Assembly: GCF_000012285.1 (NCBI RefSeq)
Contig: NC_007181.1
Span: 1 to 32,000, forward strand
Origin: Sulfolobus acidocaldarius DSM 639
GTDB taxonomy: Archaea; Thermoproteota; Thermoprotei_A; Sulfolobales; Sulfolobaceae
Reading direction: 5' to 3'
Length of the DNA stretch: 32,000 nucleotides
Shown here one piece after another: positions 9,521-19,653 of the stretch. How positions within the stretch are numbered: position 1 is the first letter of the stretch; each line of letters opens with the position of its first letter. The notes under the pieces were generated by a model. It was not told where the DNA came from and did not search any database. It was given only the letters and a program-made list of their open reading frames with translations. The translations under genes and the position numbers were made by a program.

Positions 9521-10129
9521 CTAAAAATTAATCCAATGATATTTTTGCTTTGCTTTCAAATATAATGTTTCCCAGTCAATTAAGAAGAGGACAACTCCTA
9601 ACACTATAAAAGCTATTGAAAATATTAATGTTAAAGTAAGTGCCCCTACATTTAAAACATCACTTATCTTAATTATTCCGAATACTTCTAAAGGTATTTC
9701 TACAGCACTTTTGGTCAATTTGCCAAGTATTGACACTTTTAACATATTAAGTATAGATACTTTAGCCACTCCTCCACCTATAAATAAATAATCATCAAAG
9801 GGAAGAAGTGGAATTACAGAAAGGATGAATAATAATATTTTAAAATATCTAGAGCGAGAAAACTTACTTAGAATGTCGATATTTTTATTTCTTCGTAAAG
9901 GTTTTCTTAAAACAAATCCTAAAGCATAAGTGAGCGTTTTAGCTAAAGCTGCCCCTAAACCCGAAATAACTATTGCTATAACAAAATTTTCTATGTTTAT
10001 CCCGTTCTTGATGATGAAATATGTTGCTATCAATGTATAAGGAGCACCAAGGAACGGGAGAGCATTTGAGGCTAAACTTATTATGAATATTATTATTGCC
10101 TCTAATAGATAATTATCGATATGCATCAT
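9521..10129 (-). CDS. DedA/VTT-domain-like membrane protein
   Basis: SNALPFLGAPYTLIATYF, VISGLGAALAKTLTYALGFVLRK and SVIPLLPFDDYLFIGGGVAKVSI resemble the VTT domain. Confidence 0.7.
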   Translation of the reverse strand: MMHIDNYLLEAIIIFIISLASNALPFLGAPYTLIATYFIIKNGINIENFVIAIVISGLGAALAKTLTYALGFVLRKPLRRNKNIDILSKFSRSRYFKILLFILSVIPLLPFDDYLFIGGGVAKVSILNMLKVSILGKLTKSAVEIPLEVFGIIKISDVLNVGALTLTLIFSIAFIVLGVVLFLIDWETLYLKAKQKYHWINF

Positions 10130-10198
10130 TGATGCTCAACTTAACATTATTAGTGTGTATCCTAAATAATATTTATCTGCAAGTTATAATTTCATCAC

Positions 10199-11032
10199 AT
10201 GGTAAAGATATACTTAGGACCTGCAGGTGTTCCCCATAGCGCAAAGAAGAAATCTACTATAGACGGAGTAAAAACTGTTAAAGAGCTAGGTTTGAACGCA
10301 ATGGAAGTTGAATTTGTTCAAGGAGTGAAAATGAGTAAGGAGACAGCAGAAGAAGTAGGTAGAGTAGCGAAGGAGTTAGGGGTAAGATTATCAGTGCACG
10401 CTCCTTATTTTATAAACTTATGTTCAGAGGAAGACGAGAAAGTACAGGCATCCAAGAAAAGGATACTTGATACTGCAGATAGGGCAGAGAGCATGGGTGC
10501 AGATGCTATAGCTATTCACATAGCGTTTTACGGTAAAATGAAACCAGAGGAATGTTATGGGAAAATTAAATCTGAATTAGGAGAGGTTGTGGATAGTGCT
10601 AGATCTAATGGAATCAAAAACGTAAAATTTGGCGTAGAGACTATGGCTAAGGAGACAGCTTTTGGCTCACTAGACGAGGTCATTTCAATATCTAAGGAAA
10701 TAAAAGGTGTTATTCCCTACATTGATTGGGCACATACCTTTGGAAGATTGGGTGGTAAGATAGATTATGAGGAAATAATCAATAGACTAGTTAAAGAGTT
10801 GAACTTAATTCATATAAATTCCCATTTTGAGTCATTAATTTTTAAAAACGGTAAGTATATTGATGAACATATACCTATAGATAACAATACTCCTCCTTTT
10901 GAACCTTTAGCTAGAGAATTAGTTAAGAGGAAGGACATTTCAATTTCTCTTATCTGTGAAAGTCCAGAGCTAGAAAGAGATGCGCTTAAGATGAAAAAGG
11001 TATTGGAAGATCTGGGGTATAAGTTTGAATAA
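10199..11032 (+). CDS. Endonuclease IV-like TIM-barrel AP endonuclease
   Basis: YLGPAGVPHSAKKKSTIDGV, SVHAPYFINL, IHIAFYGKM, WAHTFGRLGG, HINSHFES. Confidence 0.85.
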   Translation: MVKIYLGPAGVPHSAKKKSTIDGVKTVKELGLNAMEVEFVQGVKMSKETAEEVGRVAKELGVRLSVHAPYFINLCSEEDEKVQASKKRILDTADRAESMGADAIAIHIAFYGKMKPEECYGKIKSELGEVVDSARSNGIKNVKFGVETMAKETAFGSLDEVISISKEIKGVIPYIDWAHTFGRLGGKIDYEEIINRLVKELNLIHINSHFESLIFKNGKYIDEHIPIDNNTPPFEPLARELVKRKDISISLICESPELERDALKMKKVLEDLGYKFE

Positions 11033-11702
11033 GGACATAATTTTTGTATCTGACTATGATAGAACTCTGTCCTCAGAAAAGAATAATTTTCGTATAGACA
11101 AAGAAGTCGCTCGGATTGTAAATGATTTTTCTAAGACCTATCCATTTTTTGTTGTTACGGGAAGGGAGAAGAAGTTTATAGATATTCTAGCCCCTGAACT
11201 TAAACCTACTGGTTGGATATTAGAAAATGGAGCTTTAATGTACGTTAATGGTGAGTTAATTTACAATATTCAACCTTCTTGGTTTGATACACGAAAAAAC
11301 ATAATTAAAATCCTTGATAATTACAATATTTCTTATAGTCTGGGAAATGTAATAGTATATGTAGATAAGGCTCATGAATATAAAGGTGTTCTAAATTCGA
11401 TTAAGGACGCAACAGTTGAATGGAATAGAAATGATGCAATGATTCTTCCGAAAGGAGTTGATAAGGGGAGTGCTGTAATCCAACTTCGAGAGAGACTTGG
11501 TTATAGAGGCAAGATAGTTGCAATTGGGGACAGTGAAAACGATATTTCAATGTTTAGAGTTGCAGACATTAGGGTTAGTGTTGCAAATGCCCTACCCATG
11601 ATTAAGGAGATTAGTGAATTGATACTAGAAAAAGAGGATGGGGAGGGAGTAAAAGAATTCTTGTTAAAGGTATTAAAAGGAGAAATTATTCTTATAAAAT
11701 AA
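11025..11702 (+). CDS. HAD superfamily (IIB) phosphatase, phosphoglycolate phosphatase-like
   Basis: SDYDRTLS motif I, VVTGREKK motif II, AIGDSENDISMF motif IV; likely TTG start overlapping the previous gene by 8 nt. Confidence 0.88.
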   Translation: MNKDIIFVSDYDRTLSSEKNNFRIDKEVARIVNDFSKTYPFFVVTGREKKFIDILAPELKPTGWILENGALMYVNGELIYNIQPSWFDTRKNIIKILDNYNISYSLGNVIVYVDKAHEYKGVLNSIKDATVEWNRNDAMILPKGVDKGSAVIQLRERLGYRGKIVAIGDSENDISMFRVADIRVSVANALPMIKEISELILEKEDGEGVKEFLLKVLKGEIILIK

Positions 11703-12290
11703 GTAGACATCTACCTGGAATTCATGAAAATTTTTTGTATGCCATGGATAGTAGGGCTTCATTCTGTATCTGGAAGTCAGCATTTCATACTGAAAACCAT
11801 ATTCTTTAGATATCCTTTCAATTAATTGTTGTGTTTTTGGATTTGACTTATGAATTGAATAAACTGTTGTAGAAATACTCAGAGCTTTTCTCAGAAATAC
11901 CATATCCATACCTTGCTTCACTACTCCAAATGGAGGGTTTTGTATTACAGTGTCTACCTTTTTTGATATCTCAAGTGACTCAACATCAGCTTCAATAAAC
12001 TCAGGATTATCGAATTCCCTCAATAAGCTTTTCGCCTCCATAATGGCTTCCCTATCGAGTTCAATGCATACGCAATTTCCTCTCAGTACAGTCACACCTA
12101 AGCAGAATTTTCCTGTTCCACAGCCTAGGTCTATTACTAATTTACCCTGAATATCTTTCCTCAGGTAAGCTGTCCATAATATTGTAGATGCTAGATCGGA
12201 AGGGGTTATATACTGCTCTAATTGGTACTTAGGATTTGGATGATTTTTAACTTTTTCTAGAAATATTTCTAATTGTTTCTTACTATTAAT
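11673..12290 (-). CDS. METTL5-like Rossmann N6-adenine methyltransferase, apparent ATT start
   Basis: The ORF track starts at GTG 12095, but the frame is open upstream and encodes INSKKQLEIFLEKVKNHPNPKYQLEQYITPSDLASTILWTAYLRKDIQGKLVIDLGCGTGKFCLG before it; NPPFG motif downstream. No ATG/GTG/TTG lies in frame between an upstream stop and 12095. Confidence 0.85.
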   Translation of the reverse strand: MNSKKQLEIFLEKVKNHPNPKYQLEQYITPSDLASTILWTAYLRKDIQGKLVIDLGCGTGKFCLGVTVLRGNCVCIELDREAIMEAKSLLREFDNPEFIEADVESLEISKKVDTVIQNPPFGVVKQGMDMVFLRKALSISTTVYSIHKSNPKTQQLIERISKEYGFQYEMLTSRYRMKPYYPWHTKNFHEFQVDVYLFYKNNFSF

Positions 12291-12940
12291 TTCAGTACCT
12301 CTAATAAGCTTTTCACCCTATTAGCTTTTACGTCCTCATAAAAACCGAATCTGTCTAACAATACAGGATTAATTCCTGCTCGTAGTGCCCCAATGTAATC
12401 CACTTCATATACATCACCAATATGAAATACTGGTCTTCCATGTTTTTCCATAGCCATTTTAAATATCCTGGGATGAGGTTTTAAAACGCCTAGATCACAA
12501 GAGGCATACATATCATCTATATATTTGTCTATCTCTAGATCACGAATTATTCTGTAAACACTTTTGGTAGCGTTTGTGATTAATATCAATTTATAGCCCA
12601 TTTCTTTTGCTTCTTTTACGAAATTTAAGGCATCTTCGTATAACTCCCATACATCTGATAGTAGATTAAGTTTCATGAGCTCATTTACTAAACTTTCAGA
12701 AGGAAATATCTTAAGGTCATACAAAAGTTCATAGTAGTTTATTTCACTTAATCCGCCAATTGTAGGATCTGGAAAATGCTTTTTGCCTAACTGCCTATTA
12801 ATGGCTCTAAATACCTGCTTTTCAGAGATATTATATCCTTTATCTTTAAGAAATTGAAATATAGGTTGATGAAATTTTGGACTAAAACTGACAAGTGTTT
12901 CTCCCATATCTATGAATATTACTTTATTCATTTCAACCAC
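12269..12940 (-). CDS. HAD superfamily hydrolase
   Basis: VIFIDMGETLVSF motif I, LILITNATKS, KPHPRIF, HIGDVYEVDYIGALRAG; likely start at Met4 (12931). Confidence 0.9.
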   Translation of the reverse strand: MVEMNKVIFIDMGETLVSFSPKFHQPIFQFLKDKGYNISEKQVFRAINRQLGKKHFPDPTIGGLSEINYYELLYDLKIFPSESLVNELMKLNLLSDVWELYEDALNFVKEAKEMGYKLILITNATKSVYRIIRDLEIDKYIDDMYASCDLGVLKPHPRIFKMAMEKHGRPVFHIGDVYEVDYIGALRAGINPVLLDRFGFYEDVKANRVKSLLEVLKLIVRNN

Positions 12941-13242
12941 TTAATTGTAAATTTTGGCGGTTCTATGTTTTCACTCTTACACTCGGGGCATTTACTTGGT
13001 TTTCTTGGTTTCTCGATGTTGAAGACGTAACCGCAATTGTTACATTTTGGTAAATATACAAAAAGTTTTACGTTTTTCCTTTTTAAGGATTTGGCTATAT
13101 GGTAAAGGTTTTCATAAACTTCTTTTTCCTTTTTTATCCCTAATATTTTCATTATCTGTTTTGCTGTTAATGGTTCTTGTGAATATTTTAACAGTAGTAC
13201 AATCTTCTCTCTCGTCGTAAGGAACTCAAACTCATTTATCAT
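12928..13242 (-). CDS. HTH plus Zn-ribbon predicted transcriptional regulator
   Basis: N-terminal wHTH (LTAKQIMKILGI) then CNNCGYVF...CPECKSENI. Confidence 0.88.
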   Translation of the reverse strand: MINEFEFLTTREKIVLLLKYSQEPLTAKQIMKILGIKKEKEVYENLYHIAKSLKRKNVKLFVYLPKCNNCGYVFNIEKPRKPSKCPECKSENIEPPKFTIKWLK

Positions 13243-14261
13243 ATTAATTTAGAATATATTTTTTCTATTTCCACTAATATATCTTGCGGTGTAAATCCTT
13301 TTGATAATGCAATAATTGATGACCCGCCTGCTCCTACACCTTCCTTAACGAACCCTTCTTCATATGCTCTTAATCCACTGTATTTTGATTTGCTGAAATC
13401 TAATAATGATGCCATAACTGGTACTCCGACTTGTCTAGATATGGAGACTATATCTGAGGAAGAGTCTTGAATTATCCATTTAGTTGTACCTATTGATATG
13501 TTTTGAATTATCTTCTTGTCAATTTCCTTGATTATAGCTGCAGCTGCAGTCATCTGTGTACCTCCTGCTAATAACACTCTTTTCCTAAATCCAATTGTGA
13601 TTCCAGCCACGCTGATTAACATGGGATCAGAAACTTTACTTATTTTGCCCAGAAAGTCACTAGGTAAATCTTTTATGGCTTCGTATACCACTTTTCTTTT
13701 TAAGTCTTTAGGGTTCACAGGAGACGCAGAACTGACTTTATCAGCTGCGTCATATCCTAGACTTAGGAGTACAGCCATAGCTGTGGTGGTGCCTGCGGGT
13801 ATTGATTCACCAATCACTAAGAAGTCATAGGAGTTTGCCAATTCTTCTCCCAATATGATAGAATTTTCTAATATCCTCTGTGATGTCTCTCTGGTAAGGG
13901 AGAATTTCCTAATATCTCCCCCTGGTTCTCCCCCTACATCTATAAAGGGTATTTTTGGTTTTACCCTAGAACCTGCGTTAACCACTAACTTTGTAGCATT
14001 TACAAGTTTCAGTGAGGCTCTACTGATTATTGCTGGTGTTGGTATTCCAGTTGGTGTTACAGGAACAGAATTTATAGAGATACACTTTTCTTTAATCAAG
14101 AATTCTGCATCTGCTGCAGGAGTAAAGTGCGTTAATTCAGGTGTAGCCCCAGCAACAGTAATTCCTGGAATAAGACTAACGTCAGTTGTTGCTATAACTA
14201 GAATAAACGCAAAATTACCATTAAGGCTTATTTTTCCGTTAATCTCCTGAATGAAATTCAC
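13239..14261 (-). CDS. CobT-like (UPF0284) nicotinate-nucleotide phosphoribosyltransferase-related protein
   Basis: 340 aa; TPELTHFTPAADAEFL, VGESIPAGTTTAMAVLLSLGYDA, LAGGTQMTAAAAI, GFVKEGVGAGGSSI. Confidence 0.88.
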   Translation of the reverse strand: MNFIQEINGKISLNGNFAFILVIATTDVSLIPGITVAGATPELTHFTPAADAEFLIKEKCISINSVPVTPTGIPTPAIISRASLKLVNATKLVVNAGSRVKPKIPFIDVGGEPGGDIRKFSLTRETSQRILENSIILGEELANSYDFLVIGESIPAGTTTAMAVLLSLGYDAADKVSSASPVNPKDLKRKVVYEAIKDLPSDFLGKISKVSDPMLISVAGITIGFRKRVLLAGGTQMTAAAAIIKEIDKKIIQNISIGTTKWIIQDSSSDIVSISRQVGVPVMASLLDFSKSKYSGLRAYEEGFVKEGVGAGGSSIIALSKGFTPQDILVEIEKIYSKLI

Positions 14262-14301
14262 ATTAACTTCATTAGCGAGGTGATAATAAAAATCTTAAGG
14301 C

Positions 14302-14658
14302 ATGGAAAAATTTTGGGAATATTATAAAGTTATTGAAAAAGGTACACTAATTAGTTTTGAAGAGTTTAAGAATAATAGAGAGATAAACCTCAGTATCAGA
14401 GAAGCTATAAAGTTCTTATACAAATTAATTGAATCATCAGCAAGTAAAATAACTTCAAGTAAGGGGGAAAATTTGATTTGGGATTTAGCCAGAAAAAAGG
14501 TGATAAGACCATCTAATATAGAGGAGTTCATAGATGTTGTAAACATTGCCACAAGAATAGAAGAAGTAGATGATAGTATAATTTACCCTATGCTAGTTAG
14601 AATAATGGAGGATTTAGAAGACTTATACTTTTCAATAATTAATTTTAAAAACTCATAA
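14302..14658 (+). CDS. Small alpha-helical hypothetical protein
   Basis: Intact 118-aa ORF upstream of and co-oriented with nadA; helical composition. Confidence 0.6.
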   Translation: MEKFWEYYKVIEKGTLISFEEFKNNREINLSIREAIKFLYKLIESSASKITSSKGENLIWDLARKKVIRPSNIEEFIDVVNIATRIEEVDDSIIYPMLVRIMEDLEDLYFSIINFKNS

Positions 14659-14661
14659 GTA

Positions 14662-14679
14662 ATTGAACATATGTTCGAT
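14662..14679. promoter_or_regulatory. Palindrome at the nadA 5' end (possible operator)
   Basis: ATTGAACATATGTTCGAT; GAACATATGTTC (14665-14676) is a perfect 12-bp palindrome. Confidence 0.35.
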
Positions 14680-15683
14680 TGCCAATGCCTGCCTACAATA
14701 ATAATTTAATATCTGAGATAAAAAGATTAAAAAAAGAAAAGAATGCAATAATACTGGGACATAATTATATGGAGTATGGTGTTCAACTAGTTTCTGATTT
14801 TACAGGAGATTCTTTTGATCTAGCATTAAAGGCAATGAATACTAACGCGGATATAATAGTATTCGCTGGTGTTTACTTTATGGTAGAGCAGGCTGCTGCA
14901 TTAAATCCAGATAAGAAAGTGCTATCACCAGAGCCTAATGCCGGTTGTTCTCTATCAGACTCATTACCAGTAGACGTATTGAAGAAATACAAGGAAATGT
15001 ATCCTGGAGCTCCAGTAGTTCTTTACATAAATACCAGTATTTACGCAAAAGCCTTAGCCGATTATGTGGTAACTTCTTCCACAGCCATTCAAGTAATTGA
15101 GCGAATTAATTCGGATAAAATCATTTTTGGTCCTGATATTAATCTTGCTAGATATGTTGAGTCTCGTACAGGCAAGAAACTAATTAAAGTACCACCGGAT
15201 GGAAAATGTATAGTACATGCAAATTATACCAAACAATTAGTAGAGTTGGCTAGGAAAAGATATCCGAACGCTATTCTTATGGCGCATCCGGAAAGCCCTC
15301 TAGAAGTACTGGAAGCAGCAGATTATGTGGGATCTACTAATCAGATGGTCAAATTTGCGAAGGATAGCCCACAGAGAGAATTTATAGTCGCCACAGAATT
15401 AGGAATGATAAACGCATTAAAGCTAAAAGTTCCAGAAAAGGAATTTTACCCCTTAGTTACAACAGAAGCTTGCGGATGTGCAAGATGTCCTTATATGGCT
15501 ATGGTAAACTTGGAGAATATTAAGAGATCGTTAGAGTTGGAAGTTTATGAGGTAAAGGTTCCTAAAGATGTAGGAGAAAAAGCTAAGGAGGCTTTCCTAA
15601 GGACTATGAGGCTTGTTGGAGAATCTTCTTCATCTCTTCAATCAAGATCTCAACTTCCCTCTTTGTATTATAGAAATGAGTAG
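14679..15683 (+). CDS. nadA: Quinolinate synthase A
   Basis: ILGHNY, NAGCSLSDS, VVLYINTS, DGKCIVHANY, HPESPLEVLEAADYVGST, ACGCARCPYMAM; three cluster-ligand Cys contexts present. Start may be TTG 14679 or ATG 14685. Confidence 0.95.
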   Translation: MPMPAYNNNLISEIKRLKKEKNAIILGHNYMEYGVQLVSDFTGDSFDLALKAMNTNADIIVFAGVYFMVEQAAALNPDKKVLSPEPNAGCSLSDSLPVDVLKKYKEMYPGAPVVLYINTSIYAKALADYVVTSSTAIQVIERINSDKIIFGPDINLARYVESRTGKKLIKVPPDGKCIVHANYTKQLVELARKRYPNAILMAHPESPLEVLEAADYVGSTNQMVKFAKDSPQREFIVATELGMINALKLKVPEKEFYPLVTTEACGCARCPYMAMVNLENIKRSLELEVYEVKVPKDVGEKAKEAFLRTMRLVGESSSSLQSRSQLPSLYYRNE

Positions 15684-16728
15684 ATATTCTTATCCCTTCT
15701 CCTCGGGCAGAAACAACTATATGCTTCTCTAATAGTTTCTGAACTACTTGCTTAGCATTATTTACCCTTATTATGGATATACCTGCCTTTCTTTTCTTAG
15801 GTGTAATCACGTCTAGTCTGTTCTCTTCAGCAAGTTTTATCACATAATCAGATAAATTTTGAACTGAAGAATAGGTTTCTTCTTCATGCTTTCTGATTAT
15901 TTCACAAGACTTGGCTAATCCCAGATTAGCTGCTATATCGATTGTCCCAATTTCGAACCTTCTTGGACCTGGTTCAATTTCAAATTTTTCCGGATTAAAC
16001 TCTAAATAATTCTTAGTACTCTTCCATCCATAGAATGGTGGGTCCGAAATTAATCCTTTTCTTACGTATATAAATCCAGAGCCCTGTGGACTCATTAACC
16101 ACTTATACCCTCCAGCTACTGCGAAATCTACACCAAGGTCTTTTACATCAACCTTTATAGCTCCTGCACTCTGAATTATGTCTAAAAGGGTAAATCCTCC
16201 AACACTTTTAACCTCTTTAACTATTTTTTTAACATCTACCATAACGCCAGTGTTGAAACTTACATGACTAACAGCTACTAGTCTTGTTCTAGTGTCTATT
16301 GCGGAAAGCAGATCCTCTTCTATTGTATCTGGTTTTGTTTTTACTAGTTTAATTTTAACTCCTTTCTTTTCAAGTTTTAAAAATGGATAGACGACAGTTG
16401 GAAATTCTAAATTATCAGTTACTATATTTTCTCCTTCCTTTATGTCTAAACCAAATGAGATAACATTAACCCCAAAGCTGGTGTTTGGTATTAACGATAT
16501 CTCATCAGCTTCTGCATTTATTAAGGAACCAATGTTTTTTCTTATATGGTATAATTCATCTGATTCTTCATCGTTATCTGCTAAGGAACCATAACGCATT
16601 ACATCGATTAAATATCTGTTAGCTTCAAAGTAAACAGGTAGTGGGGTAGGAGATATAGCGGCATGGTTAAGGTATGTCATTCTTTTTGTTATAGGTACTA
16701 GTTCTCTGAAATCTTCAACGAATGTCAT
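15604..16728 (-). CDS. Class V (PLP) aminotransferase / cysteine desulfurase-fold protein
   Basis: [41 protein letters not shown] (PLP Lys); overlaps nadA 3' end by 80 nt. Confidence 0.9.
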   Translation of the reverse strand: MTFVEDFRELVPITKRMTYLNHAAISPTPLPVYFEANRYLIDVMRYGSLADNDEESDELYHIRKNIGSLINAEADEISLIPNTSFGVNVISFGLDIKEGENIVTDNLEFPTVVYPFLKLEKKGVKIKLVKTKPDTIEEDLLSAIDTRTRLVAVSHVSFNTGVMVDVKKIVKEVKSVGGFTLLDIIQSAGAIKVDVKDLGVDFAVAGGYKWLMSPQGSGFIYVRKGLISDPPFYGWKSTKNYLEFNPEKFEIEPGPRRFEIGTIDIAANLGLAKSCEIIRKHEEETYSSVQNLSDYVIKLAEENRLDVITPKKRKAGISIIRVNNAKQVVQKLLEKHIVVSARGEGIRISTHFYNTKREVEILIEEMKKILQQAS

Positions 16729-18421
16729 TCTTGATCTCCTCGATTACTTCTGGGTCTTCTAACATACTAGAATCAATTTGTTTTCCTATTAATAAATCTC
16801 TCAGAGCACGTCTAACTACTTTACCACTCCTAGACTTTGGAAGTCTTTTCACGTAATATACTTTGTCTATAATGTATATGGGACCTAATGAATCCCTTAC
16901 CTTACGTGTAATCTCGTCTTGGTTGACGTTTCCTACAATAAAAACAATTAATTTTTCTCCTTTAACTTCATCAGGTACTCCGACTACTGCAACGTCTTTA
17001 ACACCATCTATTTCCATGATCACATTTTCTACCTCTCCACTTGTTATTCTATGACCTGCTACTTTTATCATATCATCCGCTCTACCCACTATCTTCACAT
17101 AATTTCCTTCAAGTATTGCAACATCTCCTGTGTCATGATATCCAAATTTCTTAAAATATGACAAAAATCTCTCTTCATCATTTAAAATTCCTGTGAATTG
17201 AGTAGGAAAAGGCGTTTTACATACTAAGTAACCTGGATTTCCTCTTACGGATCTTCCATCTTCGTCTAAAGTATCTACTACAGCTCCAGGGAACGGAACA
17301 CCGGCATAACCTGGTTTTGCTTCGACGTCGTCTAGGCTATACGGTGTTCCTATTATATATCCTAACTCCGTTTGTCCATAAACATCAGTTACTCTGTCAG
17401 CAAATCTCTTAGCATATTCCCATGTCTGTTCATCAAATATTTCACCAGCAGTAGCTATATACTCGACCCTAGGTATTCTTATTTCATATCTTCTTAACAT
17501 TCTCAATAACGTGGGCGAAGTGAAGAAAACTTTTGGTCTAATTTCATCTATTATTTTAACTAGTCTATCTGTGGGATTATCTGGTGCTCCCTCCATAAAT
17601 CCGAATGTAGAACCATGAAGTAATGTACCATACATAACCCTTGAAAAGGTTATCCAGCCAACATCTGCAGTAGTAAATACAGTATCTGTTGGTTTCAATC
17701 CAAATAGTATGTCAAAAACTGTGTAATCTCCAACCATCCATGAGCCATGGGGTAGGATCACTCCCTTAGGCTTTCCTGTAGTACCTGAAGTGTACATTAC
17801 CTTAAGAGGTTCACTGGATTCAATCTCCTCTACTTTTACATCTTCAGACATGTTTAACAAATTATTTATTTCCTCATTATCGTCTTTTTGCCTAAACATG
17901 ATATTGCCTTTATGGTGCAAAGGTATCTTATTTCCTCTTCTCACAGTATATTTACTGGTAACTATAATGTCTGGATTGAAATCTTGCAATCTACTATTTA
18001 CAGCTTCCTTCCCAAGTCCTGCAAATATTAGTGAGTAAATTGCCCCTATTCTAGCAGATGCAAAAATCGTGGAGAGTGTTTGAATTGAGTTAGGGGAATA
18101 TATGGTTATTCTTTTTCCTTTACGTAAACCTAATTTAAGGAGTATTGATGATATGGATTGGACAACTCTTTTTAATTCTTCAAATCTTACGTAAATAGGC
18201 TTGGAATCCTCAGGGAAAAATACTAGAGCTGTCCCTGTATGCCTATCCACTGTGTTATAAGAGATGTTTGTTTTTCCATTTACGAACCAGCTATACCTAT
18301 ATTTGTCCTTCTGTTGTAGAACCTTTTCCCAAGGTGTAAACCATGTTAGTTTATCTGAAAAACTCTTCCAATACACTTCTGGCTTCTCTAGGGCTAGTTG
18401 GTAGAGTGTAAAATAATCCAT
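16715..18421 (-). CDS. AMP-forming acyl/acetyl-CoA synthetase
   Basis: [74 protein letters not shown]. Confidence 0.95.
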   Translation of the reverse strand: MDYFTLYQLALEKPEVYWKSFSDKLTWFTPWEKVLQQKDKYRYSWFVNGKTNISYNTVDRHTGTALVFFPEDSKPIYVRFEELKRVVQSISSILLKLGLRKGKRITIYSPNSIQTLSTIFASARIGAIYSLIFAGLGKEAVNSRLQDFNPDIIVTSKYTVRRGNKIPLHHKGNIMFRQKDDNEEINNLLNMSEDVKVEEIESSEPLKVMYTSGTTGKPKGVILPHGSWMVGDYTVFDILFGLKPTDTVFTTADVGWITFSRVMYGTLLHGSTFGFMEGAPDNPTDRLVKIIDEIRPKVFFTSPTLLRMLRRYEIRIPRVEYIATAGEIFDEQTWEYAKRFADRVTDVYGQTELGYIIGTPYSLDDVEAKPGYAGVPFPGAVVDTLDEDGRSVRGNPGYLVCKTPFPTQFTGILNDEERFLSYFKKFGYHDTGDVAILEGNYVKIVGRADDMIKVAGHRITSGEVENVIMEIDGVKDVAVVGVPDEVKGEKLIVFIVGNVNQDEITRKVRDSLGPIYIIDKVYYVKRLPKSRSGKVVRRALRDLLIGKQIDSSMLEDPEVIEEIKNDIR

Positions 18422-18432
18422 TTATTAGTTAG

Positions 18433-18915
18433 TCATTGACTAACCTTTATTACTTTATGACCACATATTTCACATATTTTTATATTTTTCATGTAAGTTT
18501 TTCCACATCCTTCACATTTATATATATAATTTTTTTTCTTGCTTATTTTTATATTTAACTTCACAGAATAATATTTAATATTCATGTGTAAGAGTAGATT
18601 TTGTAATGATAAGTCATCTGTAACTACTAAACTTGGTTTTAAATCTAAAGCTAAAGCTGCTACAGATATGTCAGTTCTAGAAAGAGATATATCATTAATT
18701 TTATTCAGGGTTTTAGTCACAGTTAAAAGAGATTGTCTTGTAGGTTCAAATATAATAACCTTATTTGAAGATATAGCAAGTTCTAAGAGACTAGCTGATT
18801 TGAAATCCTTAACTTCTCTTATAACTTCTTGTGTTGTGTAAACTTTCTCATAAAGATTCTCTAAACCGGCTAAAAAGCCTGCTGTATCGAACACAATATT
18901 AACGGACATTTCCAA
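18433..18915 (-). CDS. Nob1-like PIN-domain endoribonuclease with C-terminal Zn ribbon
   Basis: IVFDTAGFLAGL, SRTDISVAALALDL, VVTDDLSLQNLL; CEGCGKTY...CEICGHKV. Confidence 0.9.
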   Translation of the reverse strand: MEMSVNIVFDTAGFLAGLENLYEKVYTTQEVIREVKDFKSASLLELAISSNKVIIFEPTRQSLLTVTKTLNKINDISLSRTDISVAALALDLKPSLVVTDDLSLQNLLLHMNIKYYSVKLNIKISKKKNYIYKCEGCGKTYMKNIKICEICGHKVIKVSQ

Positions 18916-19645
18916 GATTCACCGAGTTGAAGAACCTAAGTATGTTAGCCTTCTTTTCTGAAATCTTGATAGTTATTGCATCATCCTCATTAGTTTTAAG
19001 ATATCCTACTGTTTCACCATCAACTACTATTCTGACACTTTGTGGTCTCCCTTTATCCTCTAATTTTATTGAAAGCTCTTCGTTGTCAGGTAAAATTAGT
19101 GCTCTAATGTCAGGTGTTAGACAGTTTAAAAATGAAACATTGATAGCGTTCACTTTTCTATGCACAACAATCCTATTTGCTGCATAACCCCATGCCCAAC
19201 TTCCCTGGGTGGTGGAAACTAGTATTCCGTCGCCTTCAAAAATAATTTTGTTGGATTCAAATAGAATACTTCCATATATAGTCTCAGGAAGATCAAATAA
19301 TATTGCAATATCATTAAATGCGATGTCCTTTACATACTTCGATTTAGCCTCTAGCAACTTATATTCCTCTACTTTATAGTCTCTGTTTTTTAGCTTCAAT
19401 AACATCTCTTTTGATTGCCCTGGTTCCACATCAAATAGGGCAGATCTTCTTCCGCTTTTTATACCAATTATGGGTTTTCCTAATTTTACATATCTCAATA
19501 ATGTTCCATCTCCTCCAACAACTACTATGGCATCTTCTGTCTCGTCCTCTACAATTTTAAATCCCATATCAATAGCTATCTTTTTTATGTTGCTTGCTAT
19601 CTCTTTTGCATCCTTAGTATCCTTTGACACTACTCTGAGTCTCAT
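18899..19645 (-). CDS. nadK: NAD kinase
   Basis: VVVGGDGTLLRYV; GDGILVSTTQGSWAWGYAA (variant of the TPTGSTAYSLSA region); VDGETVGYL. Confidence 0.92.
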   Translation of the reverse strand: MRLRVVSKDTKDAKEIASNIKKIAIDMGFKIVEDETEDAIVVVGGDGTLLRYVKLGKPIIGIKSGRRSALFDVEPGQSKEMLLKLKNRDYKVEEYKLLEAKSKYVKDIAFNDIAILFDLPETIYGSILFESNKIIFEGDGILVSTTQGSWAWGYAANRIVVHRKVNAINVSFLNCLTPDIRALILPDNEELSIKLEDKGRPQSVRIVVDGETVGYLKTNEDDAITIKISEKKANILRFFNSVNLGNVR

Positions 19646-19653
19646 AATTTAAC

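Noticed and set aside
13855-14250. 131-aa plus-strand ORF opposite the CobT-like gene
   Set aside because: Shadow ORF antisense to a strongly supported gene; no recognisable motif.
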